Assembly (NCBI GenBank): GCA_963665815.1
Contig: OY762463.1
Span: 3,040,001-3,104,000, forward strand
Length of the DNA: 64,000 nucleotides
From: Candidatus Cloacimonadales bacterium
Lineage (GTDB): Bacteria > Cloacimonadota > Cloacimonadia > Cloacimonadales > JAIOQZ01
Direction of reading: 5' to 3'
The notes beneath the pieces were generated by a model, which worked only from the letters and a program-made list of their open reading frames with translations, had not been told where the DNA came from and did not search any database. A program made the position numbers and the translations under genes. The first letter of the stretch is position 1. Each line of letters starts with the position of its first letter. Positions 39,452 to 49,535 of the stretch are shown piece after piece.

Positions 39452-40579
39452 TTAAAAATCTGCGAGAAATGATATTTGTATTCCAAGTTCCGGCTTCTCG
39501 TCGAACTCATAATAACTGAGAAAAGTCTGTAGATTCAATATATATAAATCTGCTGTATATTTAAGTGAATTCATAATCGTAAACTCAGGCATAAAATCCT
39601 CAACTGAAGAATTATGATAGTTCACGTAAAACATATCAGAATACATGATGGATACAGGATAATCCAAAATTAGACAGATATCCTCTGTATCACTTTCCAT
39701 ACCGGAAAATTTATCGTAAAGTCCTGAGCTTATTCTGTACTCTGCCATTGTATAGAGACCATTTCCAACAGAAAAAGTATAATCTGCTCCAGTCATCAAA
39801 GATGACTCCATATCTTCTTTCGCTGACACAGGAGGTTCATCAACAAAGTACTGCTGCATCTCAGTCCAGAATCCGAGATACGCATCAGCTTTTACATCTA
39901 AGGCAATCCTTCTCCCTTTGTATCTCTTATTTTCTGCATTCTCTCTACCAATATTTTCAAATGACAATCCAGAACTTATCCTGCTGAAATCTCTTTCATA
40001 TCTTAAACCAAAATCAGCTTCATCTGCATCATGCAGTTTAAATAATCTATTCGATTCGTATGTATTTGTGATATTGTACCAGCTCCATAATGCAGATTCC
40101 ATATCCGGATATACTTTCAGCAAAGCCCCTGTAGTTCCTTTAGTGTAGGCACTTACATCGAAATAGTTAACTGTATCATACCAGTCAACAATTCTCAAAA
40201 TCTGAGCTTCTCCAAAATTGATTTTCTGTTTTCCTAGAACAAACTCGAATTTATTATTGGATACTCTCATACTCAATCTGTGAAATCCATGATCAAAATC
40301 CTTATCTTCACTATCCATATTCACAATATCGTAACCTAACTCATAAGAGCATAATATACTTATCGAAGCATTGCTGATATCACCTATGGTATTGCTGTAC
40401 TCAGGAAGATATTTCGTATAAAGAGCATTGTCATCATTATTGAGATTATTCAGATACATCAGATGTACCTTATGAACAACTTTTTCATTCATATGATTCA
40501 AAATACCTACACTATAACATAAGTTGCAATGTAACACAAGTAATGCAAGCATGCAGAAGAAAAAAGTTTTATGTTTCAT
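39452..40579 (-). CDS. Hypothetical exported protein, probable outer membrane beta-barrel
   Basis: Signal peptide, GKQKINFG motif, GADYTF.VGNGLY and terminal Phe. Confidence 0.6.
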   Translation of the reverse strand: MKHKTFFFCMLALLVLHCNLCYSVGILNHMNEKVVHKVHLMYLNNLNNDDNALYTKYLPEYSNTIGDISNASISILCSYELGYDIVNMDSEDKDFDHGFHRLSMRVSNNKFEFVLGKQKINFGEAQILRIVDWYDTVNYFDVSAYTKGTTGALLKVYPDMESALWSWYNITNTYESNRLFKLHDADEADFGLRYERDFSRISSGLSFENIGRENAENKRYKGRRIALDVKADAYLGFWTEMQQYFVDEPPVSAKEDMESSLMTGADYTFSVGNGLYTMAEYRISSGLYDKFSGMESDTEDICLILDYPVSIMYSDMFYVNYHNSSVEDFMPEFTIMNSLKYTADLYILNLQTFLSYYEFDEKPELGIQISFLADF

Positions 40580-41132
40580 TTACAACTCCAAACACAAAGA
40601 GTTCTATTATGGCGTTTATCAAATCTTTTGGATCAGGATAAATTGCCTGAAAAACAGGATCCTTCATTATTTCAAATGCTTTGGAAAACATAGAAATCAT
40701 AAACTTTGATTTCAAATCTTTGCGAACTGTCCCTTTTTTCTGTTCGTATCTGATAAAACGATACATTATCAAAAGAGACTTTCTGCTCATTTCATAATTG
40801 TACTGCTGAATGTCTGAATAATACATTAAATCATGAAGAAAATTCGGTCCAAGTTCATCATAAAAGCTAAACTCGAGTTCCAGCAGTGAATGAAATTTAT
40901 GCTTAACAGTCAGATCAGATTGCCAGATAACAGTCATTTCCTTGAAACCATACTCATACAGCTCCTTAAGCAACTCTCCTATTAACTCAATTTTGTTCCT
41001 GTAATGCTTATAAAATGTAACTTTACTAGTTTGAGCATGCTCACAAATTTCCTTAATTGTAACTTTCTTCATTCCGAATCTTTTGAACAAATCCATAGCT
41101 GCAGATTTAAGTTTCTCTCTTTTAGATCTCAT
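40569..41132 (-). CDS. TetR/AcrR family regulator
   Basis: LF...GMKKVTIKEICEHAQTSKVTFYKHY.NK helix-turn-helix. Confidence 0.92.
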   Translation of the reverse strand: MRSKREKLKSAAMDLFKRFGMKKVTIKEICEHAQTSKVTFYKHYRNKIELIGELLKELYEYGFKEMTVIWQSDLTVKHKFHSLLELEFSFYDELGPNFLHDLMYYSDIQQYNYEMSRKSLLIMYRFIRYEQKKGTVRKDLKSKFMISMFSKAFEIMKDPVFQAIYPDPKDLINAIIELFVFGVVNET

Positions 41133-41261
41133 ATATTCTCCATTAACTACATTTACCTTTTTAGTATTATTAAATTATATTAGTAAAGCATGTCAATATA
41201 AAAATATTTTTTATTGACATTTTTCTTCCATAACCTTTAACATTTAGCGTTGAGGTAAAAT

Positions 41262-41900
41262 ATGTTTACGAAGAAAACAAAACATTTAATTGAAAGAATT
41301 GATAAGTTCTTGAATCTGGTTAATGAAACCAGTATAATATTTCAAATGAGTCTCACAGATTATTTGAATGGGGATATTAAATCATTCCAGTCAAGACTCG
41401 ATAAAGTTGTTCAATGCGAAAGAGAAGCAGATGAAATTAGAAGAGATGTCGAAATAAACTTATATACTTACACCTTAATTCCGGAGTCCAGAGGAGATGT
41501 TCTGGCAATTCTGGAAAACACGGATGATGTAATTGATATTATGAAAGAAACTCTTCTAAGTTTCTATGCTGAAAATCCTGATATTCCAGAAGCAATCCAC
41601 ACAAAATTCAAGGAAATGCTTGAGCTTTCAAACAAGGCTGTTGACTCATTAGTCCGAGCCGTTAGAGCTTTTTTCACAGAAGTCTATCAGGTAAGTGAGC
41701 ATTTGAACAAAGTTCATGTTTATGAAACTCAGATAGATCTTATCGGTGCTGATCTGGTAAAACATGTGTTTGATTCCAATCTTGAACTGTCCTGTAAGCA
41801 GCATCTCAGGTTCTTTATCAAGAATGTTGAAAATATTAGTGACTATTCAGAGTCCGTCGCAGACAGACTTGCTATATATGCAATAAAAAGAAGGATATAA
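41262..41900 (+). CDS. DUF47 (PhoU-like) phosphate transport regulator
   Basis: EREADEIRR, P..RGD, E...D and ISD..E.VADRL motifs; adjacent to a PiT gene. Confidence 0.9.
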   Translation: MFTKKTKHLIERIDKFLNLVNETSIIFQMSLTDYLNGDIKSFQSRLDKVVQCEREADEIRRDVEINLYTYTLIPESRGDVLAILENTDDVIDIMKETLLSFYAENPDIPEAIHTKFKEMLELSNKAVDSLVRAVRAFFTEVYQVSEHLNKVHVYETQIDLIGADLVKHVFDSNLELSCKQHLRFFIKNVENISDYSESVADRLAIYAIKRRI

Positions 41901-41901
41901 G

Positions 41902-43350
41902 ATGCTTCTTATCTATCTATCCAGTGGTCTTTTTCTCGGCTGGTCTTTAGGAGCTAACAACGCTGCAAATGTTTTTGGTCCCGCAGTAGGAACAAAAATG
42001 ATTAAATTCAGAACAGCAGCTTATATAACCTGTATTTTTGTTATACTCGGAGCAGTTCTTGAAGGTGCAGGAGCATCCCAGACACTGGGAAAGCTGGGTA
42101 GTATCAATCAAATTGCAGGGTCTTTTACAATTGCATTATCATCTGCGATTACAGTAACCCTCATGACAAAAGCAGGACTTCCTGTTTCTACATCACAAGC
42201 AATTGTGGGTGGAATTATTGGGTGGAACTTTTTTGCCGGAATGCTCACAGATTACAGATCCCTGACCAAAATTTTCGGAACCTGGATTGTCTGCCCTATC
42301 CTATCTGCCATCTTTTCATTCATACTGTTTAAACTTTTTGTAATGATTCTTAAGAAGTCAAAGACTCATCTGCTGCTGAGAGATGCGTATACACGACTGG
42401 CTTTTATAATTGTAGGAGCTTTTGGAGCTTACAGTCTGGGAGCAAACAATATTGCCAATGCTATGGGGGTATTTGCTTCAGTATCACCCTTCAAAAATGT
42501 TACTCTGTTCTCAGTTTTCACTATGACCGGCATACAACAACTTTTTCTTATAGGCAGTATTGCTATTGGTGTTGGTGTAATAACTTATTCTTACAAAGTC
42601 ATGAAAACAGTAGGGGGAGATTTGTTTGAACTCTCACCAATTGCCGGGTTGATTGTTGTTCTGGCAGAATCACTGGTATTGTTCCTTTTTGGTTCGAAAG
42701 CCCTTCATGACTGGCTTCTTACACATGGACTACCAACTATTCCGCTTGTGCCTGTTTCCAGTTCTCAGGCAGTTGTTGGTGGTGTTCTCGGTATAGCGCT
42801 GGCAAAAGGAGGAAGAAACATACAGTTTGGAGTTTTAGGTAAAATATCAGTTGGTTGGGTACTGACTCCTGTTATTGCCGGAATTCTGGCTTTCTTCTCG
42901 CTTTTCATTGTGCAGAATGTATTCAATCAGCCTGTTTATACAGAGAGTAAATTTCTTTTCTCTGAAAGATCACTGGAGAGAATTGAGGAACAGGGAATCG
43001 AGAATAATTTAGAAGACTTAAGAAATATGGAATTTACGAATGAAAAGAAACTACGTAAATTTCTCTCTGTTAATCATGATTTAAGCAGATCCGAAATGGA
43101 AATCATCCACGAGTTTGGGGCTGTTATAAACATAAAAATACCTGAAAGTATCAGCAAAGCTACAATTAGAAAATTCAGCAAAAAAAATCAAAGCATCATA
43201 AAATCACTGTCTGATTCTACATTTGTTTATAAGTGGCATTTGCAGGAAAAGATTATTGAAAAACTTGAAGTCACAGATAATAAGGAAAGTAAAGATTCTG
43301 ATAGAGTTAAGAAGCTGACTGACAAAATTATTGAAATTTTCAGTATCTGA
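41902..43350 (+). CDS. Inorganic phosphate transporter (PiT family) with soluble C-terminal extension
   Basis: Two GANN.AN motifs; PVSTSQ and PVSSSQ. Confidence 0.92.
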   Translation: MLLIYLSSGLFLGWSLGANNAANVFGPAVGTKMIKFRTAAYITCIFVILGAVLEGAGASQTLGKLGSINQIAGSFTIALSSAITVTLMTKAGLPVSTSQAIVGGIIGWNFFAGMLTDYRSLTKIFGTWIVCPILSAIFSFILFKLFVMILKKSKTHLLLRDAYTRLAFIIVGAFGAYSLGANNIANAMGVFASVSPFKNVTLFSVFTMTGIQQLFLIGSIAIGVGVITYSYKVMKTVGGDLFELSPIAGLIVVLAESLVLFLFGSKALHDWLLTHGLPTIPLVPVSSSQAVVGGVLGIALAKGGRNIQFGVLGKISVGWVLTPVIAGILAFFSLFIVQNVFNQPVYTESKFLFSERSLERIEEQGIENNLEDLRNMEFTNEKKLRKFLSVNHDLSRSEMEIIHEFGAVINIKIPESISKATIRKFSKKNQSIIKSLSDSTFVYKWHLQEKIIEKLEVTDNKESKDSDRVKKLTDKIIEIFSI

Positions 43351-43437
43351 TTGATTCTCATGGTCGTTTTCTTTTTTTATTTGTTCTCAACTAAGATTCT
43401 CATTATTTTTTCTAATAGAACAATATCGGAGGAAAAA

Positions 43438-43896
43438 ATGAGAAAGTATTTATTAGTGACATTGATATTATTACTTGTTCCCGCATTACTTATATCAATG
43501 ACTTTAGAAGAAAAAAAGGCGAAGGCAAAAAAACTTGTTGAAGATGGTGTAAAATTCTTTGAAAAGAATGGTATAGAAGCTTCAATTAAAGAGTTTGAGA
43601 AAGAAGGAAGCAAATTTAAAGAGGGTGAATTTTATCTTTTTGGTATGGACTTGAATGGGAAAACCATATTCCATGGACAAAAACCTGCTTTGAAAGGTAA
43701 CAGTATGCTTGAAGTTACTGATGCAAAAGGCATCCACTTTGGAGCACAATTCGTTCTTACCGCTCAAAAAGGAGAGAATGAAGGATGGGTAGATTACCAG
43801 TGGGTTAATAAAGAAGAAAAAATCGCCGATAAAACTTCATTTATCAAAAGAGTACCTGACACAAATTATCTTATTGGATGTGGTTTTTACAAATAG
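43438..43896 (+). CDS. Stand-alone single Cache domain protein
   Basis: Signal peptide; F..GEFYLF, D.KG, GWVDYQW, K.SF..RV and IGCG.Y motifs; ATG 43438 after GGAGG. Confidence 0.85.
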   Translation: MRKYLLVTLILLLVPALLISMTLEEKKAKAKKLVEDGVKFFEKNGIEASIKEFEKEGSKFKEGEFYLFGMDLNGKTIFHGQKPALKGNSMLEVTDAKGIHFGAQFVLTAQKGENEGWVDYQWVNKEEKIADKTSFIKRVPDTNYLIGCGFYK

Positions 43897-43914
43897 TTAA
43901 GGAGCATTTTATTA

Positions 43915-45474
43915 ATGAGTGTGAAAGCAAAAGTATTGATTATTGATGATGAGCCAGCAATCAGAATGAATTTTCAGGAATATCTGGAGGATTCAGAATA
44001 TTCAGTGATAACAGCACCTAATGGAATAACTGGGATAAACAAGTTCAAAAAGGAGTCTCCGGACATTGTTCTGGTGGATTTGCAGATGCCGGTAATGCAT
44101 GGGCTGGAGGTTCTTTCAACTATAACAGACCTTTCTCCTGAAACCCCAATAATCATTATTTCAGGTACAGGAAAAATGTCCGATGTAATTGAAGCATTAA
44201 GAGGTGGAGCCTGGGATTACATTACTAAACCCGTTGAAGATATGGCAATTATTGAGATTGCGGTTGAAAAAGCTTTGAAGAAAGTACAGATTATTGAGGA
44301 AAACGAAAAATACAAAACTAATCTGGAAGAACTTGTTCTCAACAGGACAGTAAAGCTCAGGCAAAGTGAACAACTTCACAGAATTGTATCAGATTTTATT
44401 TCTGACTTTGTTTACATGCAGAGAGCTGATGAAAACTCAGATGAATTTTCATTCTGGATTACCGGAGCAGTCGAAAAAATAACAGGTTATGAAAAAGAAA
44501 TCTTCACCTCCAAGAAAAAACTATGGAAAAGCATAATTTGTGAGCAGGATATAGCCAGATATAAAGATTCTGTAAAAAAAGTATTAGACGGTGAAAATGT
44601 CAAAATTGAATATTCTATAATTAATAAGGCCAGTGAGAAACGAATAATCAAAGAATATTCCAGACCTTTTGTCGATCAGAAAACAGGCAAAGTTATTGAG
44701 ATTATTGGAGCTATAAAAGATGTGACTGAAGAACGTGCGTTGCGCAAACAACTGTTTCAGGCTCAAAAAATGGATGCCCTTGGGCTTCTTGCAGCCGGTG
44801 TTGCCCATGATTTTAACAATATTTTGACAGCAATACTTGGATACGTTGACATAATAAAAGCTGAGATTCCACCAGCCAAAATAACGGATGAATTTCTGGA
44901 TGAAATTAAAACTGCCGGAGGTAGAGCTAAAGATCTTATCCGACGAATTCTGTCTTTCTCTCGTGAGGATGAAGAAGTACTTCAGGTTGTGAGTCTAAAG
45001 AAGATTATTGAAGAAGTCTATAAAATGATCAAGTCTACTTTCCCAAAGACAGTAAAAATTATTACTGAAATTGACACAGAAGGCAATGTATTGGCAGACT
45101 TTACAAATATAGAGCAAGTACTGCTTAACTTAACAAATAACTCCTTGCAGGCTATCAGCAAATCCAAAGGTAGAATTACAATTGGACTGAAACAGATAGC
45201 ATTCGATGAAATACCTATTGATCTAAAGCCAAATATGGAATCAAAAAAATATTACTGCGTTTATGTTCGAGATAATGGCAAAGGGATTCCTCAGGCTAAT
45301 CTGGAAAAGATATTCGATCCTTATTTTACAACTAAAAGTAAAGATGAGGGGACAGGACTTGGTCTTGCAATTGTACATTCAGTGGTCAACGATTATGGTG
45401 GAGCTGTTGATGTAATAAGTGAGCTTAACTCATTCACTGAATTCAGACTTTATTTCCCTGTACTGGATAAGTAA
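43915..45474 (+). CDS. Cytoplasmic sensor histidine kinase, REC-PAS-HisKA-HATPase
   Basis: IIDDE/DLQMP receiver; QAQKMDALG.LAAGVAHDFNN; PYFTTK..GTGLGL. Confidence 0.92.
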   Translation: MSVKAKVLIIDDEPAIRMNFQEYLEDSEYSVITAPNGITGINKFKKESPDIVLVDLQMPVMHGLEVLSTITDLSPETPIIIISGTGKMSDVIEALRGGAWDYITKPVEDMAIIEIAVEKALKKVQIIEENEKYKTNLEELVLNRTVKLRQSEQLHRIVSDFISDFVYMQRADENSDEFSFWITGAVEKITGYEKEIFTSKKKLWKSIICEQDIARYKDSVKKVLDGENVKIEYSIINKASEKRIIKEYSRPFVDQKTGKVIEIIGAIKDVTEERALRKQLFQAQKMDALGLLAAGVAHDFNNILTAILGYVDIIKAEIPPAKITDEFLDEIKTAGGRAKDLIRRILSFSREDEEVLQVVSLKKIIEEVYKMIKSTFPKTVKIITEIDTEGNVLADFTNIEQVLLNLTNNSLQAISKSKGRITIGLKQIAFDEIPIDLKPNMESKKYYCVYVRDNGKGIPQANLEKIFDPYFTTKSKDEGTGLGLAIVHSVVNDYGGAVDVISELNSFTEFRLYFPVLDK

Positions 45475-45655
45475 TAATTCAAGATATTTCATAATGTAAA
45501 ACACTAAATAAAAACAAGCAGTATCAAACTTCTGAAAGACGGTCAATTCATCCCGTGCATGACCATTTGCATTTATGTATTTTATATGCATTATTGTTTG
45601 ACAAAATACTCCGTCAGAATTTTATCTTCATATCCTAAAATAGAAAAGAGATCTG

Positions 45656-47401
45656 ATGAAAACATTCAAGTATATTGCCCCTATTGTAAAAAAAAGATTT
45701 TTAAATATCATTCTGGGTATTTTAATATTGCTGGTGGTTGACGCAATTCAGCTTATAATCCCGAAAATTGTAAAGAATGCAATTGATGGTCTTGGACAGG
45801 AAGGATTTACTCAGCATGATTTACTTATCACAGCATTAATTATCATAGGGATGTCCGTTGTAATTTATTTTCTGAAAATGCTTTGGAGAATCGTACTCAT
45901 CGGGAATTCATGGAGAATTGAAAAAGAACTGAGACAGAACTACTATAATCATCTTATGCTGATGTCTCAAAACTTCTTCACCAGGTCCAAAACCGGTGAT
46001 CTTATGGCTAGAGCCACTAATGACATGAATGCTATCAGAATGATGTTCGGTTTTGGTTTCATTGCTCTGGTTGATACACTGTTCTTATCTGTAAGCTCAT
46101 TTATGCTGATGGTCACAATTAACTTTAAGCTGACAATGATGGCTATTCTTCCTTTACCGATTATGACTGTATTTATAATAATCTTCGGGAGAAAAATACA
46201 TATAAAATTTAAAGATGTACAGGAAGCATTTTCGGCACTATCCGGTATGATTCAGGAGAACATCTCGGGGATTCGTGTTGTAAAGGCATTTGTACAGGAA
46301 AAAAATGAAACTGACAAGATGTGCAAACTCTCAAAAGAATATGTTGAGAAAAACATATCTCTTGTCAAACTTAATGCTATGTTCCATCCATTCATGTGGC
46401 TCATAATCAGTTATAGTATTGGTATTGTGGTTATTTTCGGTGGTATCACTGTTATCAAGAACGTAATATCTGTTGGTTCCTACGTTGCATTCAGTTCTTA
46501 TCTGGGACAGTTAATCTGGCCTATGATTGCAATTGGATGGGTTGTTAATATGTATCAGAGAGGAACAGCATCTCTGAAAAGAATAAATCAAATTCTTGAT
46601 ACACAACCGGAAATAACAGATGCAAAAGCAGATGACAATCTTACTCACTTTAAAGGTAACATCAAAATCTCCGGGCTTGATTTCGCATATCCGGGAACAG
46701 ACAAAAAAATCTTTGAAGATGTATCCGTAGAAATTAACATTGGTGAAACACTGGCAATCGCCGGTAGAACTGGCTGTGGAAAATCTACTTTGATTGATCT
46801 TATTATGAGAGTATATGATCCACCTGAGAATACCATATTCCTGGACTCGAATCCAGTGTCCTCGTATCCGTTGTCAGTACTTCACTCTAATATTTCAGCC
46901 GTACCGCAGGATATATTCCTCTTCTCTGACACAATTGAGAACAATATAAAATTCGGGAAACCGGAAGCAACCATAGAAGATGTTGAACGTGTTGCCAAAA
47001 TGGCTAATGTATACAATGATATTATTGAATTCAATGAAGGATTCCAGACTGTTGTCGGAGAGCGTGGAGTCACTCTCTCGGGTGGGCAGAAACAACGGAT
47101 TGCAATTGCCCGTGCATTCCTTACTGATCCGGAAATACTTATACTTGATGACTCACTTTCTGCCGTAGATACGAAAACGGAGAAATCAATTATTGAACAG
47201 ACTATTGAGCTCAGAAAAAACAAAACGACAATAATCATCGCACATAGAATTTCTTCAATCCAACATGCCAATAAGATTATTGTAATTGATAGTGGCAAAA
47301 TTTCGGAAGAAGGAACTCATGAAGAGTTGCTTGAGAATGGTGAGTTGTACCATGATCTTCATGAGAAACAACAGATTGCTCAGAGATTGGAGGAAGACTA
47401 A
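45656..47401 (+). CDS. Heterodimeric ABC exporter subunit A (MdlA/YheI-like)
   Basis: TMD plus NBD; GRTGCGKS, LSGGQKQR, ILILDD. Confidence 0.92.
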   Translation: MKTFKYIAPIVKKRFLNIILGILILLVVDAIQLIIPKIVKNAIDGLGQEGFTQHDLLITALIIIGMSVVIYFLKMLWRIVLIGNSWRIEKELRQNYYNHLMLMSQNFFTRSKTGDLMARATNDMNAIRMMFGFGFIALVDTLFLSVSSFMLMVTINFKLTMMAILPLPIMTVFIIIFGRKIHIKFKDVQEAFSALSGMIQENISGIRVVKAFVQEKNETDKMCKLSKEYVEKNISLVKLNAMFHPFMWLIISYSIGIVVIFGGITVIKNVISVGSYVAFSSYLGQLIWPMIAIGWVVNMYQRGTASLKRINQILDTQPEITDAKADDNLTHFKGNIKISGLDFAYPGTDKKIFEDVSVEINIGETLAIAGRTGCGKSTLIDLIMRVYDPPENTIFLDSNPVSSYPLSVLHSNISAVPQDIFLFSDTIENNIKFGKPEATIEDVERVAKMANVYNDIIEFNEGFQTVVGERGVTLSGGQKQRIAIARAFLTDPEILILDDSLSAVDTKTEKSIIEQTIELRKNKTTIIIAHRISSIQHANKIIVIDSGKISEEGTHEELLENGELYHDLHEKQQIAQRLEED

Positions 47402-49521
47402 TGAAACCTGTTCATACCGATGATACTCTGAATAAAAAAGTATATGATAAACAGCTGCTGAAAAAGCTGATTTCTTATCTTGCACCATATAAAGTCTTTG
47501 TTGTTATTTCAATTATTCTGCTGGTTTGTGTAACCGCTGTTGAGCTTGTTGTACCAGTCATAAGCATGGTAGCTGTAGATAATCATATTGTGTCCGGTTC
47601 TAAACTGGTCAGCTTTAAGGATGGAGATAGATACAAAGATGAGTTTCTGGAAACAGCAAAACGGTTTAAACTGGAAACATGGGTTAGAGATGGCAGTTCA
47701 TTTGTTCTGGTTCCGTCAAAAAAAGTCCCTTACTTCGATAAAGACATTTATGCATCTCTCGTAGAATCAGGAAAAATATCCAGGCATGGTGTTTTCAAAA
47801 TCTATAACAATGAAGAAAACAAAAAAATTCTGAAAGATCAGGAGTATGTTGTAAGATCAGAAGAGTTGCTCTTAATTTCTGAAGACATTGTATCTGTTTT
47901 CTCCGGAGAGATCACACTTGCTGACAAGGATATTATCACAATAAGGGACTACTCAATATCCAAACTGAAGCTTCTTGGAATTCTATATCTGATTCTTGTT
48001 ACAGTCAGATTCCTGTTTCAGTATTATCAAGTATTAACAATCAATAAAGCTGCTCAATATGCTATGTTTGATCTGAGAAAAGATGTCTTCGGTCATCTCC
48101 AGAGAATGCCTGCTAAATTTTTTGATACTAACCCGATAGGACGACTGGTAACACGGGTTACGAATGATATTAAAACTCTGGATGAATCTCTAAGTGCCGG
48201 ATTTATACAACTTATTCAAGATGTTCTGACATTATTAGGAATTATTGTCATGATGCTTGTTCTCAACTGGAAACTTGCGCTTATAATATTTACACTTCTA
48301 CCGATTGTTTATATTCACCTCATGACATTCAAAAAGAAAACAAGAGTTATATATCGAAAAGTCCGAAAGAAACTTGCGGAATTGAATGCTAATTTTGCAG
48401 AGGATATTTCAGGTGTTAAAATCATCCAGATATTCAATCAATATAAGTACCGAGCTAAGAAAATATCCGATATCAATGATGGTTATTTTAAAGCCGGATT
48501 CAGTCAGATAATTCTTTTTGGTAGATTCCGCCCTCTTATTTTCATTATGAGATTTATTGGAACGGCAATGATACTCTATTTTGGTGGTGGAGCTGTTCTT
48601 AAGAATACTTTATCTCTGGGACTTATCTTTGCATTCACCAATTATCTGGATCGGTTCTTTGATCCTATTAACAGGCTCAGTGAAAAGTTCAATATCCTTC
48701 AGAGTGCTCTGGCCGGTGCTGAAAGAATTTTCGACCTTATGGACAATGATATTCAGGATTACAGAGATGAGAAAACATCAGTAGATAAAATCTCAGGAGA
48801 AATCAAAATCGAGAATCTCTGGTTAAGCTACAAAGACAACGATGAATATGCACTGAAAGATATAAACATTGATATCAAACCTGGCGAGAAAATAGCACTT
48901 GTGGGTCATACCGGTTCAGGTAAAACCTCAATTGTAAATCTGATTACCGACATGTATGAATTCCAGAAAGGTAAAATTCTTCTCGATAATAAGAACCTGA
49001 AAGATTATCAGCTCATGGATATCAGACGTAATATAGGTATTGTTCAGCAGGATGTATTTCTTTTTTCAGGAACGATTGCAGATAATATCAAACTGGACGA
49101 TGCTGAGATTGATCAGGCTAAGATGGAACAAGTCACAAAATATGTTAATATATTTAACTTTATAGATTCTCAACCGGGAAAATTCAACGAAGAAGTAATG
49201 GAACGAGGAGCTACATTCTCCGTAGGTCAACGTCAATTGATTGCGTTTGCACGTGTTCTTGCTTACAATCCATCAATATTCATTCTTGATGAAGCCACTT
49301 CAAACATCGACACAGAAACAGAATTGATGATTCAGGACGCATTAGAGAAAGTCATGAAAGGACGTACATCAATAATTATTGCCCATAGACTATCCACTAT
49401 TAAACATGTTGATAGGATTATCGTTCTCCATAAAGGAAGAATCAAAGAACAGGGAACTCACGATGAACTGCTTCAAAAACGTGGATTGTATTATGATCTG
49501 TACAGACTTCAATTTACATAG
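47401..49521 (+). CDS. Heterodimeric ABC exporter subunit B (MdlB/YheH-like) with a large TM1-TM2 insertion
   Basis: GHTGSGKT, FSVGQRQ, ILDEATS and AHRLSTI motifs. Confidence 0.92.
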   Translation: MKPVHTDDTLNKKVYDKQLLKKLISYLAPYKVFVVISIILLVCVTAVELVVPVISMVAVDNHIVSGSKLVSFKDGDRYKDEFLETAKRFKLETWVRDGSSFVLVPSKKVPYFDKDIYASLVESGKISRHGVFKIYNNEENKKILKDQEYVVRSEELLLISEDIVSVFSGEITLADKDIITIRDYSISKLKLLGILYLILVTVRFLFQYYQVLTINKAAQYAMFDLRKDVFGHLQRMPAKFFDTNPIGRLVTRVTNDIKTLDESLSAGFIQLIQDVLTLLGIIVMMLVLNWKLALIIFTLLPIVYIHLMTFKKKTRVIYRKVRKKLAELNANFAEDISGVKIIQIFNQYKYRAKKISDINDGYFKAGFSQIILFGRFRPLIFIMRFIGTAMILYFGGGAVLKNTLSLGLIFAFTNYLDRFFDPINRLSEKFNILQSALAGAERIFDLMDNDIQDYRDEKTSVDKISGEIKIENLWLSYKDNDEYALKDINIDIKPGEKIALVGHTGSGKTSIVNLITDMYEFQKGKILLDNKNLKDYQLMDIRRNIGIVQQDVFLFSGTIADNIKLDDAEIDQAKMEQVTKYVNIFNFIDSQPGKFNEEVMERGATFSVGQRQLIAFARVLAYNPSIFILDEATSNIDTETELMIQDALEKVMKGRTSIIIAHRLSTIKHVDRIIVLHKGRIKEQGTHDELLQKRGLYYDLYRLQFT

Positions 49522-49535
49522 AAGGTAAAAGGAAT

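Noticed and set aside
45656-49521. Degenerate ABC motifs (ILDD in one subunit, FSVGQ in the other)
   Set aside because: This is the normal asymmetric site of heterodimeric exporters.
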